A stretch of DNA of 64,000 nt from an uncultured Planctomycetaceae bacterium (GCA_963815195.1 CAWFGE010000010.1:288001-352000); one strand, 5' to 3'; shown: positions 18,060 to 31,560, numbered from the stretch's first letter. Numbers and translations: made by a program. Notes: generated by a model not told the origin, from the letters alone.

Positions 18060-18614
18060 TTATTCGCTCAAGCGGCATTGCAGCCAGGCGCGTGTGTAAG
18101 CCCAATACCTGTCAGCCGTTGCGGATGAAATCTCCAGAAGTTCCGCGGCCTCGGAAAGGGTGAATCCGCAGAAGTATCGCAGTTTGACCAACTCCGCTTT
18201 GACGGGATCTCGCTGGGCGAGTTCTTCCAAGGCATCGTTTAACGCGAGCAGTTGCGGGGCGGGAATTCGCGAGACAATCTGGCCGGGGTCGAAATCGACC
18301 CGCTGATGATGCTTGCCCCGCTTCCAAGCCTGTTTCCGCCGGGCGTTTTCGATGAGAATCTGCCGCATGGCCTCGGAAGCGACCAGGAAAAAATGTTTGT
18401 GGTTGTTCCAGCGGCGCTCGGCGTCGGGTTCAATCAGTCGCAAATAGGCCTCATGCACCAATGCCGTCGCCTCGAGCGTGTGCTCGGGGCGTTCGGCCGC
18501 CAACTTCGCCGCGGCGAGCTTGCGCAATTCATCATAGACCAATGGCAAAAGCTGCTCGGCTGCCGCGGAATCGCCGCCTTGGATCGCAGAAAGTATCTCG
18601 GTGACATCGCTCAT
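18060..18614 (-). CDS. ECF sigma factor, TIGR02999 (STK-associated) family
   Basis: MSDVTEIL...LLPLVYDELRKLA...TLEATALVHEAYLRL...W.Y.RAWL. Confidence 0.93.
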   Translation of the reverse strand: MSDVTEILSAIQGGDSAAAEQLLPLVYDELRKLAAAKLAAERPEHTLEATALVHEAYLRLIEPDAERRWNNHKHFFLVASEAMRQILIENARRKQAWKRGKHHQRVDFDPGQIVSRIPAPQLLALNDALEELAQRDPVKAELVKLRYFCGFTLSEAAELLEISSATADRYWAYTRAWLQCRLSE

Positions 18615-18867
18615 GAGAGAATAGTCTAGCCAGAATGGGACAGGAAATCCCCTAGAAAATCCTCTCAAAATCCCATTCGCGCATCGGATAGATCAGTCGG
18701 CCCCCGTTGGCCGGCGTCGCTGAATTCGGCTGTCGAGCGGGAAAACCACAAAGTTGTTTTCGTTCAGTCATTTCCGGACTCGCATCGTTTTGCCTTTGAA
18801 TCCGGGTTTCAACAAACGATCATGAATTATTATTCCTCTATTCGTTCCGACTGGCGGCCGTGGCAAG

Positions 18868-19578
18868 ATGGGAGGCGGAGTGTCCGCGTATATTGCCCTT
18901 TGCGATGTGTATAAAACCTATGGAACCACCGTGAAGACCCATGCACTGCGGTCGGTTTCTTTGGACGTGAACCGGGGAGAGTTCGTGGTCATTTTAGGGC
19001 CGAGCGGTTCCGGCAAGACAACGCTCCTCAATATCTTGGGCGGATTGGACAGCGCGACCAGCGGGTCTGTGCAGGTCGGCGGGCTGGATTTGTCGAAGCT
19101 CACCGCTCGCGAGCTTTCCAAATATCGCCGGGAGACGGTGGGGTTCATTTTTCAGTTTTTCAATCTGGTCCCCAGTCTGACGGCTCGCGAGAACGTGGAG
19201 TTTGCCGCGGATTTGCATCCCGGTTCCATGAGCGTGGACGAAACCTTGGCTGCCGTGGGCCTGGCGGAATTTGCGGACCGGTTTCCCTCGGAATTGTCCG
19301 GGGGGCAACAGCAGCGGGTGGCCATCGCCCGGGCGCTGGCGAAGTCCCCGCAGATGTTGTTGTGCGATGAGCCGACCGGTTCGGTCGATCAGGAAACCGG
19401 AAAGCAAATCGTGGGACTGTTGCAACGGGCGGCTGAGGGCGGCTGCACACTGCTGGTCGTGACCCACAACAATGCCTTGGCGCATGCCGCGGACCGGGTG
19501 ATTCACCTCAAGGACGGGCAAATTCAATCCGACGAGCGAAATGCCGCCCCGCTTCCCGCCCTGGACTTGGTTTGGTAG
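18868..19578 (+). CDS. ABC transporter ATP-binding protein (LolD/MacB type)
   Basis: [26 protein letters not shown]. Confidence 0.95.
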   Translation: MGGGVSAYIALCDVYKTYGTTVKTHALRSVSLDVNRGEFVVILGPSGSGKTTLLNILGGLDSATSGSVQVGGLDLSKLTARELSKYRRETVGFIFQFFNLVPSLTARENVEFAADLHPGSMSVDETLAAVGLAEFADRFPSELSGGQQQRVAIARALAKSPQMLLCDEPTGSVDQETGKQIVGLLQRAAEGGCTLLVVTHNNALAHAADRVIHLKDGQIQSDERNAAPLPALDLVW

Positions 19579-19587
19579 GGATCGTCC

Positions 19588-22038
19588 ATGCTCGCACGCA
19601 AATTGAGACGGGAGCTTTGGCAGCAGCGCGGCCACAATCTGGCGATCGCCATGGCGATGGCTTTGGCCGTGTGTTGTTTCGTGGCCAGCCGAAATAGTTA
19701 TCTCGATCTCAAGGGCAGCTACGCCCAGATTCAAAATGATCTGAATCTCGCCGACTGGACAATCGAGGTCGCTCATCTTTACGCCGCCGATGTGGAACGG
19801 ATCCGGCAGGTCGAGGGCGTCAAAGCGGCGGAGGATCGGATCGTCGTCAGTCTGCCGGTCGTGTTGCCCGAGGGGCGGTTGGGTCCCGATGTCAGGGGCC
19901 GCGTGCGTTTGGAAGGCCGGTTTATCACGCTGCCTTCGGGGCATCGGCCGCGGTTGAACCAACTGCTCATCGAGGACGGGGCCTATCCCGAAGCGCCCAA
20001 CGAGGTGCTCGTCGAAAAACATTTTGCGGAATTCCACGGCATCGAACCGTCCGCAACTTTGGAACTGGAAATCCCCGGCGCGCCGCGGAACGTGACTTTG
20101 AAGGTCTCGGGGATCGTGGTGAGCGCGGAATATCTGTGGGTCAGCCGGAACGAATACGACATCATGCCTTCGCCCGCAAGCTTCGGCGTGTTTTGGATCG
20201 ACCGGGAAGCGCTGCGGCGGTATCGGTTGCGGCCGCAAGTCGCGGCCGGGCTTCGGGCGATGCTGGGCGGCGGCGGAGGCCAAGGTGGAGCGGGTTCCGA
20301 TGTCCGGGTCGAATCCAGCAAACAGATCCTGATCCAAGTGGCGAAAGGCGACAATCCGAAGGCGGTGTTGGAACGCGTCGTCGGCGTCTTGGGGAAAGAA
20401 GATGTCGTCTCCACGATGGCTCGCGACGAGTCGCCCCAAACGGAAATCCTCCGCACGGACATGCAAAGTCTGCACGGGTTTGCGATTTTCTTTCCGACTC
20501 TGTTTTTGGTCGTGGGTGGCTCCGTGGTCGCCGTGTCTCTTTCCCGCGTGATCGACGCCCAACGCACAATAATCGGCACAATGCTGGCCTTCGGCGTCGA
20601 ACGGTCCCGGATTTGGCGGCATTATCTCGCATTTGCTTGGGTGATCGGCCTGTTGGGGGCTGTGCTTGGCATCGGGATCGGCATGGAGGTCGGAAGGGTT
20701 TTGACCCGCGCTTACGCCCAGGTCGCGGGCGTGCCCCGCCTGACGTTTGCGTTTCACGAACGGGTCCTCATTTTGGGCGGGTTGTTTGGATTGTTCACCG
20801 CGACCGTTGCGGGGCTTCTCCCGGCGTACCGGGCCGCCGCGATCTATCCGGCCCAGGCCATGCGGCCGCCTGCACCAGCGATGAATGCCGGGGTCTCTCT
20901 GCTCCGGCGGCTAAGCGGGCGATTGCCGTTGCCTGTGCGGTTGGCGATTCGCAACCTGATGCGCCGGCCGGGCCGGAGTTTGGCCTCTGTGGGGGGCGTG
21001 GCGGCGGCGCTGGTTCTTGTCCTGGCCGGGTCCGGCGTTGTCGATGGATTGAATCGCACCACCGAAGTCCTTCTCCAAAAATCCTGGCGGTACGATCTGC
21101 GTGTCGACTTTTTTACTCCGGAGCCCAAACAAACGTTGTTTGGTCTCCTCCATCGGACCGAGGACATTGAAACCTGGGAGAGTGCTTTAACCGTCCCGGC
21201 CCAAATTCAAGCCGGCGACATACGCCTGGACACGGTTGTCGAAGGCATTTCTCCGGAGAGCGAACTGCTCCAGCCGGCAAATATGGAAGGCCAGATCGTC
21301 CGGCCCGGTGAGGGCGTGGTTCTGCCCGCGGCGTTGGCCCGTCAACTGGATGTCCACGCAGGCGACACCGTGCAACTCCAAGCGCTCCCGCAAGGAGCCG
21401 AGATCGAAGTGCCCATCGAACACATCACCGAAGGGCTGGGGGCGGAGGTTTTTATGCGGCTGGACAAAGCCCAAACCACGTTTGCCGAGCCGGGGCTGGT
21501 GAATTGTCTGCTCATCAAGACCAAAGTGCCGAGTTGGAAGTTTCGCCAATCGCTCCAAACGCTGCCCCAAGTGGCCCGGCTGCAAGACATGCAGGATCTC
21601 CGCGAGCGGATCGCACGGATCATGGATTTCAACTACCTGCTGGTCACGTCCATGCTGCTGTTCAGCGCCATTCTGGGCAGCGCCATTCTTTTCACCACGA
21701 GCACGTTGAATATCTGGGAACGGCGGCGCGAATTGGCCACGATGCGGGCCCTCGGGTTGCCGTTTCGGCAAATCGTGGGCATGGTCACGCTCGAGCATTG
21801 CCTCCTGGGTCTCGTGGGCGTGGCGGTGGGAATTCCCTTCGGCATTTGGGCGATGCGCGGGGCTTTAAATCTCTACGAATGCAGCTTTCTCACGCTGCCC
21901 TTGATCCTCAAACCGGGCACGTTCGCGCTGGCGATTGCGAACATTTTCCTCGTGCTCCTGTTGGCCCAGTGGCCGGTTTTGCGCTCGATCGCGCATCTCA
22001 ATCTGGCGGATGTTGTCCGAGAACGCCGCGAAGGCTGA
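19588..22038 (+). CDS. ABC transporter permease (tandem FtsX/MacB type)
   Basis: Two periplasmic-domain plus 4-TM units; 'ERRRELATMRALG'. Confidence 0.9.
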   Translation: MLARKLRRELWQQRGHNLAIAMAMALAVCCFVASRNSYLDLKGSYAQIQNDLNLADWTIEVAHLYAADVERIRQVEGVKAAEDRIVVSLPVVLPEGRLGPDVRGRVRLEGRFITLPSGHRPRLNQLLIEDGAYPEAPNEVLVEKHFAEFHGIEPSATLELEIPGAPRNVTLKVSGIVVSAEYLWVSRNEYDIMPSPASFGVFWIDREALRRYRLRPQVAAGLRAMLGGGGGQGGAGSDVRVESSKQILIQVAKGDNPKAVLERVVGVLGKEDVVSTMARDESPQTEILRTDMQSLHGFAIFFPTLFLVVGGSVVAVSLSRVIDAQRTIIGTMLAFGVERSRIWRHYLAFAWVIGLLGAVLGIGIGMEVGRVLTRAYAQVAGVPRLTFAFHERVLILGGLFGLFTATVAGLLPAYRAAAIYPAQAMRPPAPAMNAGVSLLRRLSGRLPLPVRLAIRNLMRRPGRSLASVGGVAAALVLVLAGSGVVDGLNRTTEVLLQKSWRYDLRVDFFTPEPKQTLFGLLHRTEDIETWESALTVPAQIQAGDIRLDTVVEGISPESELLQPANMEGQIVRPGEGVVLPAALARQLDVHAGDTVQLQALPQGAEIEVPIEHITEGLGAEVFMRLDKAQTTFAEPGLVNCLLIKTKVPSWKFRQSLQTLPQVARLQDMQDLRERIARIMDFNYLLVTSMLLFSAILGSAILFTTSTLNIWERRRELATMRALGLPFRQIVGMVTLEHCLLGLVGVAVGIPFGIWAMRGALNLYECSFLTLPLILKPGTFALAIANIFLVLLLAQWPVLRSIAHLNLADVVRERREG

Positions 22039-22318
22039 TCGAACCCCGGCCTGAGAAGCCGCGAACCCGTATTCGTAATTGCCAAACGATGTCACACTGG
22101 GTTAAGATGAGAAGCTTGGGAGGATTATGGAAAGTCCTCTGGCCGTTGTGAGTTTTGCGTAACCTCCCTCATTCCAACCAGATTGGTTCATTCCTGGTGG
22201 AAAGTCCCAAATTGCGTGTGGGAAATTTGCCCCAAGCTGGGATTTCTGCATAAAAGGCAATGCCGCCCGGCGCAAGTATCCATCCCGGATACGATGTTTC
22301 GTCGATAAAATATCTTTT

Positions 22319-25300
22319 ATGAATGAATCCCTTTCCTCTGAAATCGCGGGCAGTTCGTCGATTGTCGAACTATTAATCCGGCGAGCGCTCGCTCATCCCC
22401 AGCGGACTTTTTGCACCTATTCCGACGAGGGCACGCCGCCTCGGCTTCGATGGACCTATGCCGATCTGGACGCCCAGGCCCGGCGGATTGGGAGTTGGCT
22501 GCAGTCGCGGAACCTGGCGGGCCAACCGGTGCTGTTGGCATTTCCTCCAGGGCTGGACTTTGTCACGGCATTTTTTGGGTGCCTGTATGCGGGGGCCATT
22601 GCCGTTCCCAGTCCGCCGCCCCGGCGAAACCCCAAGTCCGACCGGTTTTTCAGCATCTACAAGGACTGCAAAGCCGAGTGCGTTTTCACCACGGCCGACG
22701 TGCTGGACCGCGTGCAAACTTACGCGAAGACCCACCCCGCGCTCGCCACGGTTCCCTGGCAGGTGTTGGAGGGAATTGGAGCGGATTCCGCCGACGCCTG
22801 GCAAGACCCCGGCGTCTCGCTTAGTACGATCGCCTTTTTGCAATACACGTCGGGTTCGACCGGCGATCCCAAAGGCGTCGTGGTGGACCACGGCAATTTG
22901 CTTCACAATCAAAAGCTCATCACCGGCGCGTTCGGGCAGACCGAGGAGATGGTGACCATCGGCTGGCTGCCGATGCACCACGATATGGGCCTTGTCGGCA
23001 CGCTGCTGCACCCGCTGTCTCTGGGCGGCACGCTGCATCTGATGTCGCCCATGGGATTTCTGCAAAACCCCATTCGCTGGTTGAATTTGATTTCCGAACT
23101 TCGCGGCACGATCACCACCGCCCCGAATTTCGCCTACGAATTGTGCATCACCCGCACCACGCCCGAAGAACGGACCCCCCTGGACTTGTCCTGTCTCCAA
23201 ACGGCCTTGAATGGAGCCGAACCCGTCCGGGCGAGCACCCTCCGCCGATTCTCCGAAGTCTTTGCGCCCCAAGGCTTCCGTCCGTCGATCTTCTGCCCCT
23301 GCTACGGCATGGCGGAAACGACCTTGCTCATCAGCGGCGTGCACCGTGCGGAAAACCCGCTCGAGCACATCATCGAACGCCAGGCGGCCAACCCGGCGTC
23401 CAACGGCGATGCGGATCACGCTCTAAACATCTCCCCGGATTGCCCGGCCGAATTGGTCCACTGTGGAACGCCCCACCCGGATTTGGATGTTCGCATCGTG
23501 GATCCCGAAACCTTCACCGAACGCCCGGATGGGGAGATCGGCGAAATTTGGGTTTCCGGCCCGAGCGTGACCCGAGGCTATTGGCACCGCCCGGAACTCA
23601 CCAAAGACACATTCCAGGCGGAAATTCATCGCGACCGCTCCACGAACGGCAATGGAACATCTTCCAAGTATTTCCGCACGGGCGATTTGGGACTCAAACA
23701 AGCCGGCCGCCTCTATATCGCCGGGCGATTCAAGGATGTGATCATCCTCAACGGCGTGAATTACTATCCTCACGACCTGGAAGCCTCCGCCGTCGCCTGC
23801 GACGACCGGTTGGTCGAAGGCCGGGGCGTGGCGTTCGGCACGGAGATTGAAGGCGGCGAAGAAGTCGTGCTCGTCTTGGAGGTCAAACGCGAGCACGTCC
23901 GCCAACTGGATGAGGACATCCTCACCAACATCCTCACCGAAATTCAACAGACTTGGGAAATCTCTCCCGCAGCTGTGCTGCTCGTGCGGCCGGGTTCCGT
24001 TCCCGTGACGACCAGTGGCAAGGTGCAACGGCAACTTGTCAAACAGCAATTTCTCGCGGGCGAACTTTCCCCGATCACCCAATGGAACCGCCCCCGTGCC
24101 TGCCGGACTTCTGGGAGGGAATCCGCCGCAGAACCGATGGAACCTCGCACGCAAACGTATTCCGAACGGGAATCGCTCAGGGATCTCGAGCGGTGGATGG
24201 CCGGCCGGTTGTCGCAAATCCTGGAAGTGCCGCGAGATGCGATCGACATCCGCGAGCCGTTCGCGCGGTATGGCTTCAAATCGCAGCACGCCGTGCAGTT
24301 TTGCGCCGACTTGGAGCAACGCGTCCACCGCCGAATCGAGCCGGCCTTGGCTTATGATTATCCCAACATCGCCGAACTGGCGAAATTCCTGCATTCCGGA
24401 AACGACCAACCCCGGCTTCAAAATGGCCGGGCTGCCCATCGCCGGAAAGACCGGCAGGAACCGATCGCGATCATCGGCATCGGTTGCCGATTTCCCGGTG
24501 CGAACAATCCCGAGGAATTTTGGGAACTGCTGCGAAGCGGGCAATCGGCCCTCAGGCCTTACCCGCGGGAACGGTGGGGCGAGTGGCAACAGCAACTCGC
24601 CGAGTCCGCCAGCCCCGGGCACCCGCTGCCGCCCCTCGGCGGGTTTTTGGACCATGCCGAGGACTTCGATCCGCTGTTTTTCGGAATCAGCCCCCGCGAA
24701 GTGGAAACGCTCGACCCCCAGCAGCGGCTCGTCCTAGAGGTCTGCTGGCAAGCGCTGGAGCACGCGGGCCTGCCTGCGGATCAACTTGCCAGGCAACAAA
24801 CGGGCGTGTTCCTTGGCGTGAGCGGGGCCGAGTATGCCCATCTTCAAGCCCGACTGAATTGCTCGCCCACCGGCTACAATGCGACCGGCAACTCTCTGGC
24901 GATGATCGCCAACCGCCTCTCTTACACGCTGGATTTGCACGGGCCAAGCCTGGCGTTCGACACCGCCTGCTCGTCCTCCCTGGTTGCGGTGCACGCGGCC
25001 TGCGAAAGCCTCAAACGCGGCGAATGCGAAGTTGCAATCTGCGGCGGAGTGAGCCTCATCACTTCTCCCGCCGTAACCGCCTCGCTCAACCAGGCGGGGA
25101 TGCTCTCTCCCACGGGAGCCGCCGCCGCTTTCACCCAAGACGTCGATGGCTACGTTCGCGGCGAAGGTTGTGGAATCGTCATCGCCAAACGCCTCAGCCG
25201 GGCCGTCGCGGATCACGATCGCATCATCGCCGTCGTCGCGGGGAGCGCGATCAACCACGACGGCCGCAGCAATGGCCTGACCGCCCCCAACGGCCGCGCC

Positions 25301-28300
25301 CAGCAGAGCGTCCTTCAGCAGGCTCTCGCAAACGCGGACTGTTCCCCCGGCCAAATCGACTACCTCGAAGCCCACGGCACGGGCACGGTGTTGGGGGATC
25401 AGATCGAGGTCAACGCCCTTCGCCGCGTGTTCTGGAGCGAAACGGATCCGGAAAAACCGCTGCGGATCGGTTCGGTGAAATCGAACATCGGCCACCTGGA
25501 GGCCGCCGCCGGAATTGCCGGCTTCATCAAAGTCTGCCTGTCCCTTCAGCACGAAGAATTGCCCAAGCATGTCTGCCACCAACCGCTCAACGAGCCACTG
25601 CTTTCCGGCTCGAATTTGCAGGTCGTCCAAGACGCCGCCCTCTGGCCAAGAAGCGAACAACCCCGGCACGCCGGCGTGAGTTCTTTCGGATTCGGCGGCA
25701 CAAACGCCCACGTGGTCCTCAAAGAAGCCCCAGGGCCAAAGCCGGCCACTCCCTTTGAACCGCCGACGCACATCCTCGTGTTGTCGGCGAAAACGGAATC
25801 GGCCCTGCATGCGCTCGCCCAAAACTGGCAGCAGCAATTTCCGGAAGGACCGCTTCCCGCGATCTGTTACACCGCCAATGCGGGCCGCGCACGGTTTCCG
25901 CATCGACTGGCCCTCGTCGCAGACCGCCGGGAAGATTTTCAAAACCAACTCGGCGACTTTCTTCGAAAAGTCACAGCCGGAAAACGGGTGGTCGAACGAG
26001 ACGAAATCCGAACCTCGCATCGCCTGGTCGTTCGGCGGAGAATTTCCTCTCCCCGGAAGCATCGGCAAAGATCTCTATGACCACATTCCCGGCTTTCGCA
26101 GTCTTTTCGATCAGCTGGATGATCGATTCCAAAAACACGACCTGCCTTCTCTGAAATCCGTCCTCTGGAACGGCGCGTCCTCAAATAATGAAGAGCAAAT
26201 GCTTAATCGTTTGGTCGGTTGGCAGTTGGCCTATGGCGGGTTTCTCAAAACGCTCGGTATTCCCTGCGATGGGATCCGCGCGGACGGTGCGGGAGAACTC
26301 GCCGCCGCCGTTTATTCCGGCCTCGTGGAAATTGACGCGATTCTCGATCGGCTGGCAAAAAAAACCATCGGCGAATCCGTCGCCCTCCCGACACCTGCGG
26401 AATTGCAGGCGGACATAGAACTGAAACTATCTCCAGCCAAGAGCACGGCTGAGCGGGCTCGCACAAGCGGCAGCCCGATCACACAACTCGGGTGGCCCGG
26501 ACAGTCGGGCGGGGAATACCGATCCTTACTCACACTCCTCGCCCGCCTCTACGTCCTCGGCGTGCATATCGATTGGCGGCCGATCTATCCGCCGGATCTG
26601 GAAAAAGTTTCCGTACCCTATTCTCCCTTCGAGCGCAAGCCCTATTGGATTTCCCGCCAACTCCTAGAGACGCCATCGAACATTCAAACCGCCGCATGGC
26701 TGCACCCGCTCTTGCATCGGCATTATGATCTTTCAGGCGCGGAACAGGTTTTTGAAACCGACCTCTCGAAAGTGGAATTCTTGAAGGACCATCGAATCCA
26801 AGACGCCGCGGTGTTTCCGCTGGCCGGCTATCTGGAGATGGCCGCCTCCGCCGCCCGGATGATCAATGGCACCTTGGGAACGGTGGACGATCTCGAGATC
26901 ACATCGCCGATTCAGATCACCGGCGGTGAAGCGTGCATCGTGCAACTCGTTCTCCGCCCCGAAGGAGCCGGATGGTCCGCGACATTCAACCGCAAAACCC
27001 CTCAAGGCTGGCAACCGCACGCGGCATGCCAAATCCTGCCGAGCGAGAACCACAGCGACACGAGCGGTGCCGTGGCTTGGCCGGAGGTTCTGAATCAGCC
27101 CTCCGCCGCCGCGGCCATTCCGGAGTATTACGATCGATTGCGGCAGGCGGGTTTGGACTATGGCCCGGCGTTCCAAACGCTCCAGCTTTTGCACGCGGAT
27201 GCTGGAGCGGCCTGGGCGGTGATCGCCGCGGAACAGGCTGGTGTTTCTCGTGAATTCGGCATTCATCCCGCCCGGCTCGATGGCTGCTTTCAAGCGATCG
27301 CCTCTGCATTACCGCCGGAAATCACAACGACTTTAGTGCCCACACATATCAAGCGCTTCTGCATAGATCGCAAGCTTGAGGGAGGGGAACCGCTCTATTG
27401 CCACGTCCATCATCTTCAAAACGAGGGCGCAGGCTTTGTCGTGGATCTCGATATATTCGATAAACACCAAACCCGCGTCGCCCAAATTGAGCAACTCAAG
27501 CTTCAACCGCTCGAACGTTCCCGCTTAGGTTATTATGTCGCCGATTGGCCTGCGCAAATCCGATCGAAGGATTTCCCGCCCACCTATATAGAGCCGCCGG
27601 CGACACTCTCTGCGCATTTAAGATCCCGGTATGCACAAGACTATAATGTCTCTCAAGTCGAAGCCCACTCGGCGCTGCTGGACCAATTGGAAGAAGCGAC
27701 CGCCGGCTGTGCTTTGGATGTCTTGTCTCAATTAGGTTTAGATCTCCGCCCCGGCCGCGAATTTCCATTAGCAGATGCCGTTCAATGTTGCCGAGTGGTG
27801 GAAACGCAAGAAGCCTTGTTTACAAGGCTGTTAAACATGCTTGTGGAAGATGGGCATCTGAACCTTAACAAAGGCCTGTATTCGGTTGAGAAGCCGATCG
27901 CCCGCTCTTGGATGTCCGCCGTTCCGGAATCTTCGCACGTCGAATTTGCCTTGTTCGAGCGCTGCCTGGAACACTTGCCGGACGTTATGCAGGGAAGGTG
28001 CGATCCGCTGGAGATTCTGTTCCCGACCGATGAAGCCGCCTCCGCTTTGCAGCTTTATACCGAGTCGGTCGGCGCCAAGGCCTTAAATTACTTAACGGCC
28101 GAAGTCGTTGCTCAGATCCAAAGCCAATTGCCTGAGGGGCGGGGATTAAAGATTTTGGAAGTGGGAGCCGGCACCGGAGCGACGACCGAAGCCGTGCTGA
28201 AACGAACTCGTTCCCGGCGTCTCGCCTATGCCTTCACCGATATTTCCTCGCATTTCTTCGCCGCCGCGAAACAACAGTTCTCGCAATATCCCATCAGCAC

Positions 28301-31300
28301 CTACAAGACTCTCGACATCGAATCCGCTCCCGCGGACCAGGGCTTTGAACGGGAGTCGTTCAATATCATCATTGCCGCCAACGTGCTGCATGCCACGTCC
28401 GATCTGCAGCGAAGCCTCCGGCACGTGCGCGAATTGCTCAAGCCGGAAGGCGCTTTACTGCTTGTCGAGGGAACCCGGCGGGTGCGTTGGCTGGATTTCG
28501 TGTTTGGGATGACTCCCGGATGGTGGGCCTTCCGCGATTATGATCTGCGTCCCGATTACCCCTTGATTTCGCCAGAACAATGGAACGAGGTGCTCCATCA
28601 AGCCGGCTTCGGGCTTGTCGAAACATTTAACCCGCATGGTCGAAACTGCAAATTGGAACCCGCCAATTCGCTGATCGTCGCCAAGGCGGACGCCGTTCTC
28701 CAACCGCAGGACGATTCGCATACCTGGCTCATCATCGGCAACGATTCCAAGGCCCAGCGGCTCTATGAAAGCTTAATCGCTCGCAATCAGAACAGCCGGC
28801 TCATTCCTTGGCCCGCGGATCACCGCAATCCGGAAGGGAACGAACTCCTGATTACTGCGGATGACTTGACCAAACCTCGCCTCAATATCCTCGCGTTCTG
28901 GCCGCACACGTCAGACGATACAGAGAACGCCCCCGATGTCGCCCTTCAAGGTTGCGAAGCCGTCCTAAACCTTGCCCAAACGATAGTACGGCAAACATCC
29001 GAGCACGCATTCAGGCCGCGGCTCGTTTTTCTCACCGAAGGAGTTCAAGCCGTCGATGACCGGATTCAGGCCGCGTCGCCGGCCGACGCGTCCTTGCTGG
29101 GATTTGTACGGTCGCTTTCTCTTGAGAAACCGGATTGGACAATTCAAGCAATCGATCTGGATCGGGAATCCGCTGACACCTCGCTTGCCGCCTGCATTGA
29201 TGAACTGCTCTTGGGGTCTTCCGAATCCGAAGTTGCGTTTCGCGACGGAGAACGCCGCGTGCGGCGGTTGGCCGAACTCGATCCGGCCCATCTGCCAGCC
29301 ACATCAATAAAGGTCTTAACAATTTCCCGCCGCGGAGCAATGGACGGCCTTGAACTCTCCACCCTTCCTGCGCGGACCCTAAAGCCTGATGAGCTCCTGA
29401 TAGATGTCGCGGCGAGCGGATTGAACTTTCGCGATGTCCTCAACGTGCTTGGGATTTATCCCGGGCGACCTCCGTTGGGAGCGGAGTGTGCCGGCACGGT
29501 CCGCGAGCGAGGCAGTGCGGTGACGGACTTCCAAATCGGCGACCGCGTCGTGGTCGTGGCACCGAATACATGCTGCAATCAGTTGTTCGTACCGGCGGAA
29601 TTGGCCGCGCCTATCCCTTCGTTCCTCTCGCTTACCGAGGCCGCGACAATCCCCATCGCGTTTCTGACCGCATGGTACGCCCTCGAACACGAGGCGGCGC
29701 TTCGCTCAGGCCAGCGGGTGCTGATTCATTCCGCCACGGGCGGCGTAGGCCATGCGGCCGTGCAAATGGCAAGCGCGATTGGAGCGGAGATCTATGCCAC
29801 CGCGAGCGCCGCCAAACTCGACTATCTTCGCACGAGCCTCGCGCCGGATCACATCTATAACTCCCGCAGCCCCGGCTTTGCCGAGGCTATCCTCAACGAC
29901 ACGAAGCAGCAAGGCGTTGACGTTCTATTAAACACATTAGGCGACGAGTTTGTCGATGAGAACCTAAGGGCCTTGGCGGCGAACGGCCTCTATGTGGACC
30001 TTAGCAAACCGCAAGCGGGCATCCGCGCATATTGCCGGGCAGCGTCCCGATGTGAAATACATGGCGATCGATCTGGTGGAGTATCTCGAAGCGCATCCTC
30101 AACGGGTCCGCGCGCATTTGCAGGAGTTGCTTTGTCGCTTCGAGGCCGGCGAGCTTTCGCCGCTTCCGAAAGTCGAGTATCCCCTCGATTCGGCCGTGGA
30201 TGCCTTTCGGCTTCTGCAATCGGCGAACCATATCGGCAAAGTCTTACTGACACCGAACTCGCCTGGAGCCGCCGACCCCTCGAAATCTTCTCGCCCACCG
30301 ACACCGAACCAACATCGGATTCGTTCCGATTCCGCCTATGTGATCAGTGGAGGAATGGGCGGATTGGGTTTGCAGGTAGCGGAATACTTAGCGCTGCAGG
30401 GAGCAACTCGCGTGGTCTTACTGGGCCGGCACGAACCGGGACTTGCCCAACAGCAATGCATTCGGCAGATCGAAGCCTTGAATTGTACGGTGTCGACAAT
30501 GCGCTGTGATGTGTCTCGCTTGGAAGAGGTGTCGCATACGCTTGATCGCATTCGCAAATCGGTCGGGCCGATTGCCGGGGTGATTCACTCGGCAGGAGTT
30601 CTCAGCGACAAGGCGATCATGAATCAATCAACTGGGACATTCCAACAAGTGTTTGATCCCAAAGTTCGCGGCGCATGGAATTTGCACTTGGCGACGCGCA
30701 ATGATTCGCTCGATGAGTTTGTGCTTTTTTCTTCGATTGCGGGATATTTGGGTTCTCCGGGGCAAGTGAATCATGCGGCGGCCAATAGCTTTTTGGATGC
30801 ATTGTCCGCTTACAGGCGTCAGCAAAACCTGCCGGCGTTGAGCATCGTGTGGGGGCCTTGGTCGGATGTTGGAGCGGCGATCCAAAACGGGAGAATGCGT
30901 CATCCGCACGGGGCCGCATTTGAATTGATCGCCCCGGCGGAAGGCATAAAAGGCTTCCACAACGCGCTGCAGCATAGCGGCTACAGCAGCATGGCTCTGA
31001 TGAAGTTCGACGCCGCTCGATTGCCGGAAGATTTGCGAAACCGCTCGATTTTTCAGTTGCTGCTCGACGGGCCGACTGCCAAGCCGAAGCCGGAACTCTC
31101 CATTAAACTTGAACGATTGAAACACATGACATCCGGTGAAGCGTCGCGGACGTTACTGGCGTATCTCAAGCAGAAGATTGTGGAGATCCTCTGCTTGGAC
31201 GGGCCGGAGCAAGTGCCGGCCGATATGACCCTTTTCGACCTCGGCCTCGACTCACTGACAACGGTGGAGCTCAAGGGAACCTTGGAAGCCAGTCTAGGAA

Positions 31301-31560
31301 TCCCGCTACAGTCTGCAATCTTTTTTGATTATCCGACCTTGAGCGGATTGTCGTCTTACTTGTTGACCTTAATCCAACAGGATGCGTCACGAGCGGAAGC
31401 CGCATCACCGAATATCTTGTCAACAAGGGAAACTGAGCCTGCACTCGAGGGGGAAGTGACGAGTGATCTGGAGATTAATACCGAGGATGAGGAGACGCGG
31501 GACAAACTGATGGAGATTGCGCAGGAACTTCAAAAGTGGGATGATATGTATAGTGGCTAG
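22319..31560 (+). CDS. Type I PKS: FAAL-ACP-KS-AT(degenerate)-DH-cMT-ER-KR-ACP; split by frameshifts near 25965 and 30025
   Basis: YTSGSTGDPKG; GFKS ACP; DTACSSS/HGTGT/NIGH; DH HRIQDAAVFP and DGCFQ; LEVGAGTG; HSATGGVG; GGMGGLG; GLDS. Domains continue across three ORFs. Confidence 0.88.

Noticed and set aside
25950..30040. Programmed frameshifting in the PKS
   Set aside because: No canonical slippery heptamer seen; similar breaks occur throughout the window.
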